Source of the DNA: a virus
Taxonomy: Duplodnaviria > Caudoviricetes
Virus record (IMG/VR): IMGVR_UViG_2933953506_000002
Location: 1 to 64,000 of that record
DNA: 64,000 bases
Strand: one strand, 5' to 3'
Both the position numbers and the translations under genes were made by a program. The notes under the pieces are model-generated. The model saw only the letters and a list, made by a program, of their open reading frames with translations. It searched no databases and had not been told where the DNA came from. Positions 38,308 to 48,692 of the stretch are shown here, in pieces (within the stretch, counting starts at the first letter, position 1; each line of letters opens with the position of its first letter).

Positions 38308-38849
38308 CGATCCCTACCTTCCCTGTCATGGGTCGGATCGGGTGCGCAGGCAGCCTCGATCCGAACCCTTACGGTTCGGACCGAGACACCCGCGCCGACG
38401 TGTGCGCAAATGTTCTCGGTTCTCAGCAGTCGCCAACAGTCCGAGCGAACAAGCTAGCTCGGAGTCTGGAGCGGTCCGCCTCATTGATTCCAGCTCACGC
38501 CGTACAGGTGTGCATTGCGATTGCCGCAGTGCACCCAGCCGGAATGCTCGGAAGCAGCCCGCGAGGCCTCAAGTAGAGAGCCTGACGACTTACCGGTTTG
38601 AATGTAGCACGGGTCAAGGTAGGTGCGGCCGAACGTAACTAGACCGCAGCCCGGTCGAGTTGGGGTGGGGTTGACCAGCCGGTTACGAAGAAGATGTAAC
38701 AGGAACTGGGAGTTCGACGTACAGCAGATGAGGGATGGCCCGGTCTCGCCCCCAGCAAACAGGAGATGCCCCTCTATGAGCACTGAACACGCTGCGCCCC
38801 ACACACCGATCTCGGATCGCGCCCACTCGGCTGGCCAGGGCGGTCACGC

Positions 38850-39092
38850 GTGATATCTCCCCTGTCCGTCCTTATCCCGTCCCTGGCCGCGGACGCCGCC
38901 CACGACGCCGCACATCAGACGCACGCGCAGTTCCGGCACGGCGTCTACTCCGTGCCGTGCGGGACGTGCCACGTCCCGGCCGGCGAACTGTGCCTATCCC
39001 GGCGCGCCGTGCACCCCGCCCGCCGGGACCTGTACCGGAAGAACCAGGAGGCCACCACGCTGGTGCCCCTACTGGTGGGGCGCGTCCGATGA
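38850..39092 (+). CDS. Small zinc-finger protein
   Basis: VPCGTCHVPAGELC...HPAR; GTGA-coupled to a 25-aa ORF at 38776. Confidence 0.6.
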   Translation: MISPLSVLIPSLAADAAHDAAHQTHAQFRHGVYSVPCGTCHVPAGELCLSRRAVHPARRDLYRKNQEATTLVPLLVGRVR

Positions 39093-39742
39093 GCGCCCTC
39101 GCCATCGAGGTCCTGGCCGCCCCGCCCGAGTGGGACGGTCGCCTGGTCGTGCGCGCCGCGGGCCGCCCCGTCCTGCATATCGGCGCCGAAGGCATCACGG
39201 CCCCATCCGTGCCAGTCTTTGCCGTGGCGCTGGAGTGCACGCCGGACGCCGAACGGGCCCCGGGCGTACGGCCGTGGGACGGCCCGGTCACCGAGTCCGC
39301 AATCTGCCCGGCCTGCCTGCGCTCCCTACGTGGAGAGGCGGAACCCGAGGCGCCCCACCTCGTTCCCGTCGGCGTCGCCAAGGCCCTGCCCGAGCCTGAC
39401 CGCCGCGGCCGCCACTTGCAAGTTGTCCTGGACCCGGTCACGTACGCCGAGGCGTGCCTGCCCGACGAGCACGCCGGACGCCCGATCACGTGGTCCCCCT
39501 GGAAACCAGCCCCGACCATCTCCCACTACGACCCTTCGTGTGATTGGTGCGGCCGCCAGGACCACAGCGAGCTGAGCAGTGGCTGCCAGGGACACCCCGG
39601 ATCCAAGACGCCTCCCCCTCGCTTATTCCTCGCCCGCCGGTACACCGCTTGCCAGTTGATGACCGCCTACGAGCAGGTCGGTAGCGAACTCAAGAAGATC
39701 GCACACCACAAGTCGCGCGCCCCCAAGGACTGCAACCGATGA
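39089..39742 (+). CDS. Cys-containing hypothetical protein
   Basis: ATGA coupling; CPAC, CDWC. Confidence 0.55.
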   Translation: MSALAIEVLAAPPEWDGRLVVRAAGRPVLHIGAEGITAPSVPVFAVALECTPDAERAPGVRPWDGPVTESAICPACLRSLRGEAEPEAPHLVPVGVAKALPEPDRRGRHLQVVLDPVTYAEACLPDEHAGRPITWSPWKPAPTISHYDPSCDWCGRQDHSELSSGCQGHPGSKTPPPRLFLARRYTACQLMTAYEQVGSELKKIAHHKSRAPKDCNR

Positions 39743-39996
39743 GTTCCATCTTCACCCCCGACGCAACCGCCCTCGAGCAGCGCATCGCCTTGGTCGCGTG
39801 CGGCCCCCGCCCGGGTAAGACACAGGCCTGCGACCACCACCGGCACAAGGCCCGGGGACTGATGGAGGTCGCCTCTTGGGGCGCCATCGACGCTCTCGCA
39901 GCGGCGATATGCGATTCCACGCACCTCCGGGCCTGCGTCGTCTGCGTGGAGAAGGCCGTCGACATCATCCGCGTCGTCAACGGGGAGGTCGAGTGA
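39739..39996 (+). CDS. Small Cys-rich protein
   Basis: ATGA coupling; CDHH, CVVC. Confidence 0.55.
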   Translation: MSSIFTPDATALEQRIALVACGPRPGKTQACDHHRHKARGLMEVASWGAIDALAAAICDSTHLRACVVCVEKAVDIIRVVNGEVE

Positions 39997-40109
39997 CCAC
40001 GGCTGTTGCCGACCTTGGGTAGTCCGCGAATCTCCGCGGCCCTTATAAAACTCAAACCGCATTTGAGGTAGAGTCTTTATAAGCCTACTGTCGACTCCCG
40101 GAGGTCCCC

Positions 40110-40793
40110 TTGGCCCTGCCCCTCGTAACGCCGTCCCCTGAACCCGATGACGTACAGGCCCAGTTGGGCGGTATGGGGACCAGGTTGGAGTTCCTGCACG
40201 ACGTATTGCGCGCAGGCGAGGCGGCGCGACGCACCGCCGTCCCCAATGACCCGACGGGGACGGCGGGCCGACGGGCCTATGAGGCGCACGTGAGGACCAT
40301 CCGCGAACTGCACATCGAGCGGGAGGGGTGGGCCCGGCTCGTTCACGGTCGCCTCGAGCTTGTCTGCAACGCGGACCGGTCGGTCGCGATGGGCGTGATG
40401 GTCGGCGACGCCGCCACAGGGCAGGCAAGCCTCTTCCCGAAGAACGCACGCCGACGCGGACCCGCTACCGACATGGTCACTCGCGCCAATGCCGGTGAGG
40501 GCGCCCCGCACGTACAGACGGCTCTGTTCGTAGCCGGTGCCGGCCCTGACGGGGTTGCTCTAAGCGATGAAGAAGCATTCGCCCTGAAGACGTGGTTCCT
40601 ACTGTCCTATCGCACCCAGATCGGCGAGACGGTGCGGATCGACTGTGAGCTGTCGCAGCCTAAGAGGTTCGAGGACGGCTTCGTGGTCGAATGGGGTCCG
40701 CGGATTCCGCTTCCTGCCCTCGTGATGGACGGAATCGAACCTACGAACGATGATGGGCCCGGAGAGATCGACATCCCCGTCGACTTCCGCTGA
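40110..40793 (+). CDS. Putative toxin of a RosmerTA-like pair
   Basis: Directly upstream of HTH-peptidase; WFLL...CELSQP...EWGPRIPL; GGAGG RBS. Confidence 0.6.
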   Translation: MALPLVTPSPEPDDVQAQLGGMGTRLEFLHDVLRAGEAARRTAVPNDPTGTAGRRAYEAHVRTIRELHIEREGWARLVHGRLELVCNADRSVAMGVMVGDAATGQASLFPKNARRRGPATDMVTRANAGEGAPHVQTALFVAGAGPDGVALSDEEAFALKTWFLLSYRTQIGETVRIDCELSQPKRFEDGFVVEWGPRIPLPALVMDGIEPTNDDGPGEIDIPVDFR

Positions 40794-40859
40794 GGCCCGT
40801 CGGTGGGGCGGCGAACCCTGTCGCCCCACCGTGCACCACCAATAACTGAGGCAGCCCAC

Positions 40860-41948
40860 ATGGTGACCCCGTCCCGTATCACATTGGCCCGCAAGCGCAG
40901 AGGCCTCACTCTCGCCGAGCTCTCGGACCAGGCCGAGGTGTCACTGCAAAGCCTGTCAAACTACGAGACAGGTCGAACCTCGCCACGTTCCGAAACCCTC
41001 GACAAGATCGCCTCAGCGCTGGACTTTCCTGTTGCCTTCTTCGAAGGTCCTGCGCTGGACGAGCTCCCCGCGGAAGGCATCTCCTGGCGCGCGCGCAGCA
41101 AGACGTCGGCGAGGGTCCTCGAAGCCGCTCGGGCCGGTGGCACGCTGGGCGCGATGTTGTACGACTGGATCGATGAAAGATTCCGCCTGCCAGCAGCGAA
41201 CGTGCCCTCACTGGGCAAACCCGACCCAGAGACAGCCGCTGCCATGGTCCGCACCCGCTGGGGTCTGGGAGAAGCGCCAGCGCCCAACATGGTGCACCTA
41301 CTGGAGGCACACGGTGTTCGGGTGTTCTCGCTGGATCCCGATCACGCCGAGGTCGACGCATTCGCGGTATGGCGCGACGGCGTTCCGTTCGTGTTTCTTA
41401 ACACGCTCAAGTCAGCCGAGCGGGGCCGCTTCGACGCAGCCCACGAACTGGGCCATCTCGTCATGCACGGCAGTGAGCACGCCTGTTCAGGGCCTGAGGC
41501 AGAACGGCAAGCGAACGAGTTCGCCTCCGCCTTCTTGATGCCTCGATCGAGCGTTCTGGGGCACATGCCATCAGGTGCGCACGTCGACCAGATCCTTCGC
41601 GCCAAGCAGATTTGGAACGTCTCCGCCATGGCATTGACCTACCGCATCCACGATCTGGGGCTACTTTCGGACTGGCAGTACCGGTCCACCTGCGCCGAGC
41701 TGAGCCGTTTGGGGTATCGGTCCGGTGAGCCCCAGGGCATGGGCCAGCGCGAAACGTCGCAGGTGTTGACGAAGGTCTTCGCCGCGCTGCGCTCGAAGCG
41801 CGTTCGCCCCTCGACCGTCGCCGCCGAGCTCGGGCTCACAAGTAAGGAAATGAACCGACTCCTGTTCGGGCTCACGCTCACCACCTTCGAGGGTCAGGGA
41901 CGATTCGTGACGGCTTCGGCGAAACGCAGCCTGTCCATCGTCCCCTGA
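40860..41948 (+). CDS. XRE HTH + ImmA/IrrE (M78) Zn-peptidase, RmrA-like
   Basis: RITLARKRRGLTLAELSDQAEVSLQSLSNYETG; RFDAAHELGH; ERQANEFASAFLMP. Confidence 0.92.
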   Translation: MVTPSRITLARKRRGLTLAELSDQAEVSLQSLSNYETGRTSPRSETLDKIASALDFPVAFFEGPALDELPAEGISWRARSKTSARVLEAARAGGTLGAMLYDWIDERFRLPAANVPSLGKPDPETAAAMVRTRWGLGEAPAPNMVHLLEAHGVRVFSLDPDHAEVDAFAVWRDGVPFVFLNTLKSAERGRFDAAHELGHLVMHGSEHACSGPEAERQANEFASAFLMPRSSVLGHMPSGAHVDQILRAKQIWNVSAMALTYRIHDLGLLSDWQYRSTCAELSRLGYRSGEPQGMGQRETSQVLTKVFAALRSKRVRPSTVAAELGLTSKEMNRLLFGLTLTTFEGQGRFVTASAKRSLSIVP

Positions 41949-42037
41949 GAAACCACATCCACGCAGAGCGCGGGCAGCGCTATGGCCCCCGGGCAGTTGC
42001 GTCCTCGATTCAGCGACCCATGCGATGATCCTCCGTC

Positions 42038-42505
42038 ATGGGGAGACACACATGGGGGAAGACTGCCAGCGCGCTGATCCTGGCCGTGACTGCGGCGGCC
42101 GCGAGCGCCTGCAGCAGCTCGAACGACGACGGCGACGCAAAGCCGGCCGCGAAGGCGAAGACGGTGACCGTGGAGGCCGCGACCACCACGTTCCAGGACG
42201 CGGTGACCAAGTTCGACACGGACGGCGGCTGTCTTGAGCAGGAGCCGGGTACGTGCTGGGACCAGATGCAGGCGCTCATGAAGCCCACCCGCGACCTGCG
42301 GAAGGCCATGAATGCGGAGAAGTCCGTGGGCGCCGACTTCTGGACCGAGGCGTACGCCCTGATCGACACCATGGAAGACGGCATCGCGGTCGGCGAGGAC
42401 CAGGGCGTTCCGGCTGGCGGCGCCACGGAGCTGACGAACCGGGACGACGTCCTCGGCTCCGCGCACGACCTGTCCGACTGGCTCGACGCCCACCCAATCA
42501 AGTAG
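42038..42505 (+). CDS. Lipoprotein
   Basis: Signal peptide ending AAASAC-SSS. Confidence 0.75.
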   Translation: MGRHTWGKTASALILAVTAAAASACSSSNDDGDAKPAAKAKTVTVEAATTTFQDAVTKFDTDGGCLEQEPGTCWDQMQALMKPTRDLRKAMNAEKSVGADFWTEAYALIDTMEDGIAVGEDQGVPAGGATELTNRDDVLGSAHDLSDWLDAHPIK

Positions 42506-42559
42506 CGGAGATAGGGCCGCATCCGCGCGGGCAGCCGCTCACCGGCTGCCCGCGCTGGC

Positions 42560-43024
42560 CTACTCGCCCTTCGGCTCGCCTGCAGCCAAGCGAGGACCGA
42601 TGCGCCCGCACCGTTCCGCATAAGCCGACAGGTGCCGGGCCTGGAACTCCTCAGCGTCCCAGTCCTCGGTGCGGACATCGACGCCCTGCCAGACGTACGC
42701 CAACCCCATCGTGCCGGTGGAGAGGGACAGTTCCCGCAGTTCGTACTGATCGTCCTCGAATGCGTTCAGAATGCGCCACTCCTCGTTGCTCAGATCGGTG
42801 AGCACCACGCCAGGCGCCGAGCAGCCGAGAGCTTGGACGACGAGGCCAGGGTAGACACGCCCCTCAAGGGCGGCTGCGCGATAGCCGGGAGCGGACGCGG
42901 GCAAGCGGTGGGGAACCCGCCCCAACAGCCCCTTGAGGACGTCATCGAACTGGAGCGTGCCGTAGCAGAACAGCCCCCTGGGGCCTGCCGGGAAGCGATC
43001 TAAGCGCCGTGAGTTGCCTGACAC
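42560..43024 (-). CDS. Gamma-glutamylcyclotransferase (GGCT/AIG2-like)
   Basis: LFCYGTL, YPGLV, LNAFEDDQY; start approximate. Confidence 0.8.
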   Translation of the reverse strand: MSGNSRRLDRFPAGPRGLFCYGTLQFDDVLKGLLGRVPHRLPASAPGYRAAALEGRVYPGLVVQALGCSAPGVVLTDLSNEEWRILNAFEDDQYELRELSLSTGTMGLAYVWQGVDVRTEDWDAEEFQARHLSAYAERCGRIGPRLAAGEPKGE

Positions 43025-43121
43025 CAGGGTATCCACCCTCCATAGGCTTCGACTTGAGCAGAAACCTACCGGTGCCCTCCCCCGCTTCCCGAAGCCCGAT
43101 ACAGACAGGCAGGATCGGCAC

Positions 43122-44138
43122 ATGAGGATTCTGGTAATCGGCGGTACCTGGTTCCTGGGGAAGTGCATCGCAGAGGGGGCCTTGGCGAGAGGGTGGTCCG
43201 TCACCACCTTCAACCGGGGGCGGTCCGGCCGAGATGTCGAGGGCGTGAGTCCCGTGCACGGCGACCGCACCGACCGGGGAGACCTTCAACGGCTCGCCCA
43301 ACACGGCCCGTGGGAAGCCGTGGTGGACACCTCCAGCTCCGACTTCCCGCCACGCGACGTGCTGCTCGCAGCAACCGCGCTACGCGGCGCCGCGCGACGC
43401 TGGGTGCACATCTCCACCGTATCCGTGTACCAGGGCTGGCCGCACCAGCCGCTCACTGACGCCTCACCAGTCCTGGACTGCCGCACGGATGCTGACGAGT
43501 CGTACGGGTACACCGGTGAAGACGGCAGCCCGACCATCTACGGGTTCCAGAAGGCCGGCGGCGAGCGAGCAGTGGCCGAGGCGTTCGGCGACGCCGCGGT
43601 TTTCCTCCGGCCCGGAGTCATCCTGGGCCCCGGCGAGTACGTCGGTCGGCTGCCCTGGTGGCTGACCCGGGCCAAACGAGGCGGGCGGATTCTGGCGCCC
43701 GCCCCGGCCGATCAGCGCATCCAACCCGTCGACGTCCGTGACGTCGCCGCGTTCGCGCTCGACCAGGCCGCCAGCGACACAAGCGGCGGGTACAACGTCA
43801 CCCACCCGGAGGGCATCACCTTCGCCGACTTCATCAGCGAGTGCCTGACGGTCACCGGCGGAGCTGGGAAACCGGAGTGGGCGGCGCCGGACGTCCTGAT
43901 CGACCACGGCGTCGTGCAGTGGACAGAACTCCCCCTGTGGCGGACGCACGCAGGCGTGTGGTCGGTCGACTCCAGCCGGGCCGTGGCCGCGGGCCTACGC
44001 TGCCGGCCGATCGTCGACACCATCCGCGACACCTGGGCCTGGCTGGCATCCGACGGACGTCCCGTGGACCACCCGAGGTGGGCGGAGCACGGGATCGCCG
44101 AGGAGAAGGAAGCGAAAATCCTCGCCTCCCTCGCCTGA
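43122..44138 (+). CDS. NAD-dependent epimerase/dehydratase family protein
   Basis: MRILVIGGTWFLG, ISTVSVY, YGFQK, LRPGVILGP. Confidence 0.9.
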   Translation: MRILVIGGTWFLGKCIAEGALARGWSVTTFNRGRSGRDVEGVSPVHGDRTDRGDLQRLAQHGPWEAVVDTSSSDFPPRDVLLAATALRGAARRWVHISTVSVYQGWPHQPLTDASPVLDCRTDADESYGYTGEDGSPTIYGFQKAGGERAVAEAFGDAAVFLRPGVILGPGEYVGRLPWWLTRAKRGGRILAPAPADQRIQPVDVRDVAAFALDQAASDTSGGYNVTHPEGITFADFISECLTVTGGAGKPEWAAPDVLIDHGVVQWTELPLWRTHAGVWSVDSSRAVAAGLRCRPIVDTIRDTWAWLASDGRPVDHPRWAEHGIAEEKEAKILASLA

Positions 44139-44139
44139 G

Positions 44140-45465
44140 TCAGGCTTCCAACTGGAGCAGCGCTGAGCGGGTGCTTAGCTGGTGAGTGCTCGCACTGCGG
44201 GTGAAGTCCTCGACGCGGTCGCGCAGCTCGCGCGGCAGCGTCGAGGCACGGTAGACCGGCTGGGCGAGGAACTGCTGGATCTGCCCCGTCCGCACTAGGA
44301 CACCCGTCACCCGCTGGTCTCCCGGGATGTCCCACAGCGGGGTCATCGCGTCGGCAGCTCCCTCGACGTCGTTCGCCAGGAGCCGGGCCATGGCGAGATC
44401 GGCAGCAGCACCACCGAGGACATGCGCCGAACGGCTGGCCTGCGGCCTCTGGCCGATGAGCTCCAGGGCACGACGTGCGGACTGCTCCGCCTGCTCCCCG
44501 TCGTGGATGAGGAGGGCGGTGGAGCTGCTGGACATGGCCAGGCGCTCCGGGGTGAATCCGAACTCGCCCCCGACACCATCGTGGAGGTCGTCCCGGACGC
44601 CGCTCTCCGCCGCCATGGAGAGCTGGAGGGCATGGCGAGCGGAGTCGGTGTCGCCGAGGTATCCGTGCGCCCGCGCCTCGATGGCGAGAAGCCGGCGCCG
44701 GGCCACATCGCCCAGTCCGCCGTAGGCCTGCGCCCGGCGGGCCTTGCTGACGGCCTCGCCCGGCATGCCGGTGAAGTACGCGATATACGCCAAGATGCCG
44801 TCCGCGTACGCCCGCAGCGGCTCGAACCTGGCGCTCTCGCCGTAGAGGTCAGCCGCGCGGGCCAGACGGCGGGCATTGTCGAAGGAACCGAGGTCGAAGG
44901 CCGCTGCGGCGAGCAGCGCCATCGTCTGGCCGGTCAGCTCAAGCAGACGCTGCTGCTGTGTGGGAATCTGCGTGCGATCGCGCTGGCCTTGCAGCTCCTC
45001 CTGGAGCGTGCGGCCGCGTCGGAACACGTCCATCGGAGGGAGCGAAGCGTAAGCGCGCGCGAGGGACGCCACGTCATCGGTGAGTTGGTCGAGGCTGGTG
45101 TCGGAGACGGACGCTGCGGCTGTTGCGCTGGCGTCGTCCTGAGCATCGCGTGCGGTCATGTTGATCTCGTGCTCCAGGTTGAACGCGGGTGCCTGGGAAT
45201 CCTCGGTGGGCGGAGGAGCGAACAAGACTGCGACATCACAGCCGAACATGGCTTGTAAAACGCGCCTGGTGTCCGCGGAAAGCGACTCGGGACGGGCCTT
45301 GCCCGCCTTCCAACGGAACACTGTCCGCTCACTGCAGGTCGGGTTGTTGCCGCCCTTCCCGACGACCTCGTCAGCGGTTCCGTCGAACAGCGTCACGAAG
45401 TCGGGAGCGCCCAAGTTGCGCCTGTCGCAGAGGACCTTGAGCAGCGTCTCGGGTTGTTCGGTCAC
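44140..45465 (-). CDS. XRE-type regulator with helical (TPR-like) C-terminal domain
   Basis: SERTVFRWKAG...RRVLQAMFG...LF followed by Ala/Leu-rich helices. Confidence 0.8.
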   Translation of the reverse strand: MTEQPETLLKVLCDRRNLGAPDFVTLFDGTADEVVGKGGNNPTCSERTVFRWKAGKARPESLSADTRRVLQAMFGCDVAVLFAPPPTEDSQAPAFNLEHEINMTARDAQDDASATAAASVSDTSLDQLTDDVASLARAYASLPPMDVFRRGRTLQEELQGQRDRTQIPTQQQRLLELTGQTMALLAAAAFDLGSFDNARRLARAADLYGESARFEPLRAYADGILAYIAYFTGMPGEAVSKARRAQAYGGLGDVARRRLLAIEARAHGYLGDTDSARHALQLSMAAESGVRDDLHDGVGGEFGFTPERLAMSSSSTALLIHDGEQAEQSARRALELIGQRPQASRSAHVLGGAAADLAMARLLANDVEGAADAMTPLWDIPGDQRVTGVLVRTGQIQQFLAQPVYRASTLPRELRDRVEDFTRSASTHQLSTRSALLQLEA

Positions 45466-45756
45466 ATCGCCCCCAGATATCGCGCCTCGGCCAGTTGGCG
45501 GCCCACCTACGGATCGATCCCTTTGTACGAAGGGGATACCGCCGTCTCGGTCCAGTGCAACACATCTCGCACAGATGGCAGTTGGCTAGCAGTCAGGTGT
45601 CAGTCCGCCGCCCCGATGTCGCTGAGACGGCAGCCCCTCGACATGGCGGTGACACCGCGTGCGGGACCACGCTGATCTACACCCTCGCTGAGAGTGTCCA
45701 AACACACACGTGGACGTAATCGCCGCAGTGACGGACCAACACCCCTAGAGGACGTG

Positions 45757-46236
45757 ATGACGACGACAGCCGTACGGACGCCTCTCGCGGGTCTACGCCG
45801 CGACCAGGACGTGCTGAAGCAGTGGGTCGACATCGGCCCCCGCCAAGCCGACGGCACGCCCGGACGAGCGGCCGCGCACTACGTGGGAGTTCTGCGCCGG
45901 ATCGCCGTCGCCCGAATCCGGTACCACGGCCTTGGCGCGCTGACCGACGAGGTGATGCTCCTCGTCTCCGAGCTGGTGACCAATGCGGTGCTGCACAGCG
46001 GGACCCTCAAGGTCGGCCTGGAGATGGCTGTGAAGGACGGCTTCCTGGACATCGCTGTCATCGACGGCATGCCGGGCGTCGCGACGCTCAAGGAGGCCGA
46101 CGAGGACGCGGAGTCGGGGCGGGGCCTCGCCTTGGTGCAGATGGTGGTCAAGGAGCGCGGCGGAGCCTGGGGAACGAGGGACGCCGGCGCGACGACTTGG
46201 TGCCGCCTCGCCGTACCAGAGGAGGCGGAGGAATGA
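45757..46236 (+). CDS. ATP-binding anti-sigma-type protein (HATPase_c)
   Basis: LLVSELVTNAVLH, VIDG, ESGRGLALV, WG...TTWC. Confidence 0.9.
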   Translation: MTTTAVRTPLAGLRRDQDVLKQWVDIGPRQADGTPGRAAAHYVGVLRRIAVARIRYHGLGALTDEVMLLVSELVTNAVLHSGTLKVGLEMAVKDGFLDIAVIDGMPGVATLKEADEDAESGRGLALVQMVVKERGGAWGTRDAGATTWCRLAVPEEAEE

Positions 46237-46661
46237 CGGCCGCCGCCCTCTCCCCCGGCTGGGCCCATCCCGTGCGGGCGGCCGTGCCGCCCTTCACCGA
46301 GGCTGGTCTGAGACGAGTCCTGGAGAAGGTGCAGCGCTGGGCCCCGTACGTTGACGGTTCCTTACTCGACGACGTCGCGGCCGTCCTGGACGACTACACG
46401 CCCCCCGAAGACGAGGTCGAGGAGCACGCGCAGCGGCTCCGCGGCCATCTGATGCGACTCGTCAACCTCGCAGTCACCTCCCAGACAAACCAGAAAGACC
46501 AGCGAATAGCCGACCTCGTCGAGCGGGGCCGCCACATCCGATCCGAGGAAGTACCCAGCGACCATCGCCGTGCCGTTGGGCACGTCCGACAGATGGCATG
46601 GACGCTCAACGAACTCCTCGAACTGCTGGTGGAGAACCAGTGCCTAACGGAGGAGCCGTGA
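46233..46661 (+). CDS. DUF6415-like protein
   Basis: GGAGG RBS, ATGA coupling; QRLRGHLMRL...GHVRQMAWT. Confidence 0.65.
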   Translation: MTAAALSPGWAHPVRAAVPPFTEAGLRRVLEKVQRWAPYVDGSLLDDVAAVLDDYTPPEDEVEEHAQRLRGHLMRLVNLAVTSQTNQKDQRIADLVERGRHIRSEEVPSDHRRAVGHVRQMAWTLNELLELLVENQCLTEEP

Positions 46662-47368
46662 CTTTCCCGTCCCTCAGACTCGCGTACAACCCCCGGGCCA
46701 TAGAGCCCCGGGACCCGCGCCTGTCCCTAGTGCCCTACATCACGCAGAGGGCTGGGGAAGACGCAGCTCCGGAGAACCTCTTCATCATCCGGCACGCGTC
46801 CGGTCCGCGGCTGTACTACCGAGATGAGGACCCCAGGGACCGAGACCCGCGAGGCGCCCTGTGGGCCCGGTGCGGCTGGAACCCCGTCGACGCGCAAGGC
46901 CGGATCACCGGTGAACCGCAGTGGAAGCTGATGCACCCCCACCGGCAGATGGTGTGCATGCAGACGATGCTCTGTCAGATCTGCTCACTCCCTGCCAGGA
47001 CGCCGCTCGGCTTCATCTTCCTCGCCGGCCCCCGGGACCACGCCCCGGCCCAGGCGAGCATCCTCACGAATCAGCCGCCCGTGTGCCGCCGGCACGCTCG
47101 TGCAGCCGCGAAGCTCTGTCCGCACCTGGAGGACAACCCGATGGTGTTCCTGGCCAGGAGCGCGCCCCTATACGGCGTGCACGGCACCGTATACGGCCTC
47201 GACGGTGGAGGCGTGAAGGTCGTCGCCCAGCCGGACGCACCGTTGCCCTACGGCCACGCGAACATCGGAACGTTCCTCGCCTCGCAGTTGGTCCGCCGCC
47301 TCCAGTCGTTCCGCGCCGTCGGCCTCGACGAGCTGCTCGAGGACCTGGCGGCGCCCGCCGCCGCATAG
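46658..47368 (+). CDS. Conserved-type Cys/His protein
   Basis: GTGA coupling; VPYIT, HPHRQMVCM...LCQIC, PPVC...CPHL. Confidence 0.75.
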   Translation: MTFPSLRLAYNPRAIEPRDPRLSLVPYITQRAGEDAAPENLFIIRHASGPRLYYRDEDPRDRDPRGALWARCGWNPVDAQGRITGEPQWKLMHPHRQMVCMQTMLCQICSLPARTPLGFIFLAGPRDHAPAQASILTNQPPVCRRHARAAAKLCPHLEDNPMVFLARSAPLYGVHGTVYGLDGGGVKVVAQPDAPLPYGHANIGTFLASQLVRRLQSFRAVGLDELLEDLAAPAAA

Positions 47369-47650
47369 ACCCCTGCCTGGTGACCACACGACCGGCTCTG
47401 TGGCCATCAGGCAGGCAGCAAGCTCCGCCCGTACGACAACGGCATTCGGCGCGGGCGGAGGACGGCGCTGGGGCCCACGTCCCCCAAAGGCCCCAGCGCC
47501 GGACCAATTCGCCGCAATCCGACAGTCGATCGCTGCCCCTGAGGCCCCACGGCCCCACGGCCCCACCCGCTGTCGGGCCGCCTTCGGCGCCCGGGCGGGA
47601 GCACCAGCAAAGCGACACCTCGAGGACCCCAAGAGACAAGGAAGCTCCGC

Positions 47651-48553
47651 GTGTTCATCGACATCCCGAGCGAACTCGAAGCCTCTCTGATCGAACGTTC
47701 TCTCCCGCCCTGGGAACTGGACGGTTCGTTCCTGGCGCAGTCCACCATTGCGGAGTACCGGACCGAGCTGACGGCCGCCCCGCGATTCGAGGAGGTCACC
47801 GCGACCCTGCGCCACGCGCTGACCGGAGAGGGTGGCGGATACGCCGTCCTGCGCCTGGGAAACCTCGCCAAGGCGCTGGGGATCGACGATGACCGGTTCC
47901 TGCGGCTGGTGACGGGCTTCGCGGCCGAGGTGGCTGTCCCCTTCTCGCCCTTCCCGCGGTGGCCCCTTTGGAAGGACATCGGGGTCAAGGTCGACAAGGA
48001 CCCCGGCAAGTCCAGCGGCATCGGGTACAACGCGTTTCACATGGACCTGGTGAACGGGACCCTGCCCCCGGACTACACCACGCTCCTCTGCGTTCGCCGC
48101 GACCCGCTCGGCGGCGGCCCCAGCATCCTTTCCGACGCCCACGCGGCGGTGGCGCGGCTGTCGGAGGACAGCCGCGCTCTGCTGGCCGAGTCGGCCTACC
48201 ACTACGGGACCTTCTTCGACCTGTTCGGCGTGGGCGAGGAGTACAAGCCGTTTCCGATCCTGGACGGCTCCGACCCGGGCGAGGGGTTCGTCCGGTTCAC
48301 CGCCAAGATGCTGGAGAGGTCCGAGCTCGGCCAGGCGCACGCCGACGCCGCCAGGGAACTCGCCGAAGAGCTCGTCCGGGGTCAGGTCTCCTTCATGCTT
48401 CAGCCCGGGGACTACCTCATCGTGAACCAGCGCCGTTTCCTGCACGGTCGGGAGGCGCTCCACAGCGGTCAGGAAACCGTCCCGGTCTCCGACCGGCGGC
48501 TACTCCTCCAGTTGTTCCTGCGCGCGAGGGCCGGCGATGGCTCGGCCGCGTAG
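47651..48553 (+). CDS. TauD/clavaminate-synthase-like Fe(II)/2-oxoglutarate oxygenase
   Basis: FHMD (HxD), PDYTTLLCVR, GG, NQRRFLHGR. Confidence 0.85.
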   Translation: MFIDIPSELEASLIERSLPPWELDGSFLAQSTIAEYRTELTAAPRFEEVTATLRHALTGEGGGYAVLRLGNLAKALGIDDDRFLRLVTGFAAEVAVPFSPFPRWPLWKDIGVKVDKDPGKSSGIGYNAFHMDLVNGTLPPDYTTLLCVRRDPLGGGPSILSDAHAAVARLSEDSRALLAESAYHYGTFFDLFGVGEEYKPFPILDGSDPGEGFVRFTAKMLERSELGQAHADAARELAEELVRGQVSFMLQPGDYLIVNQRRFLHGREALHSGQETVPVSDRRLLLQLFLRARAGDGSAA

Positions 48554-48692
48554 CCGGCCGACGGCACCGGTGACCCACCCAGCCCCGCCCCCGGGTCCAG
48601 CCCCGGAGCACGCGGCACGGCCACGGGGCTGGGGCCGGTCGGGCGCCCCCGGAAACCGTCGCGCACCCGGTTCCCCGGGCCCGTGCACGGAT

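Noticed and set aside
47651-48553. Oxygenase as a TET/JBP base hydroxylase for DNA hypermodification
   Set aside because: Motifs fit the TauD/clavaminate synthase family and it is far from the C5 methyltransferase
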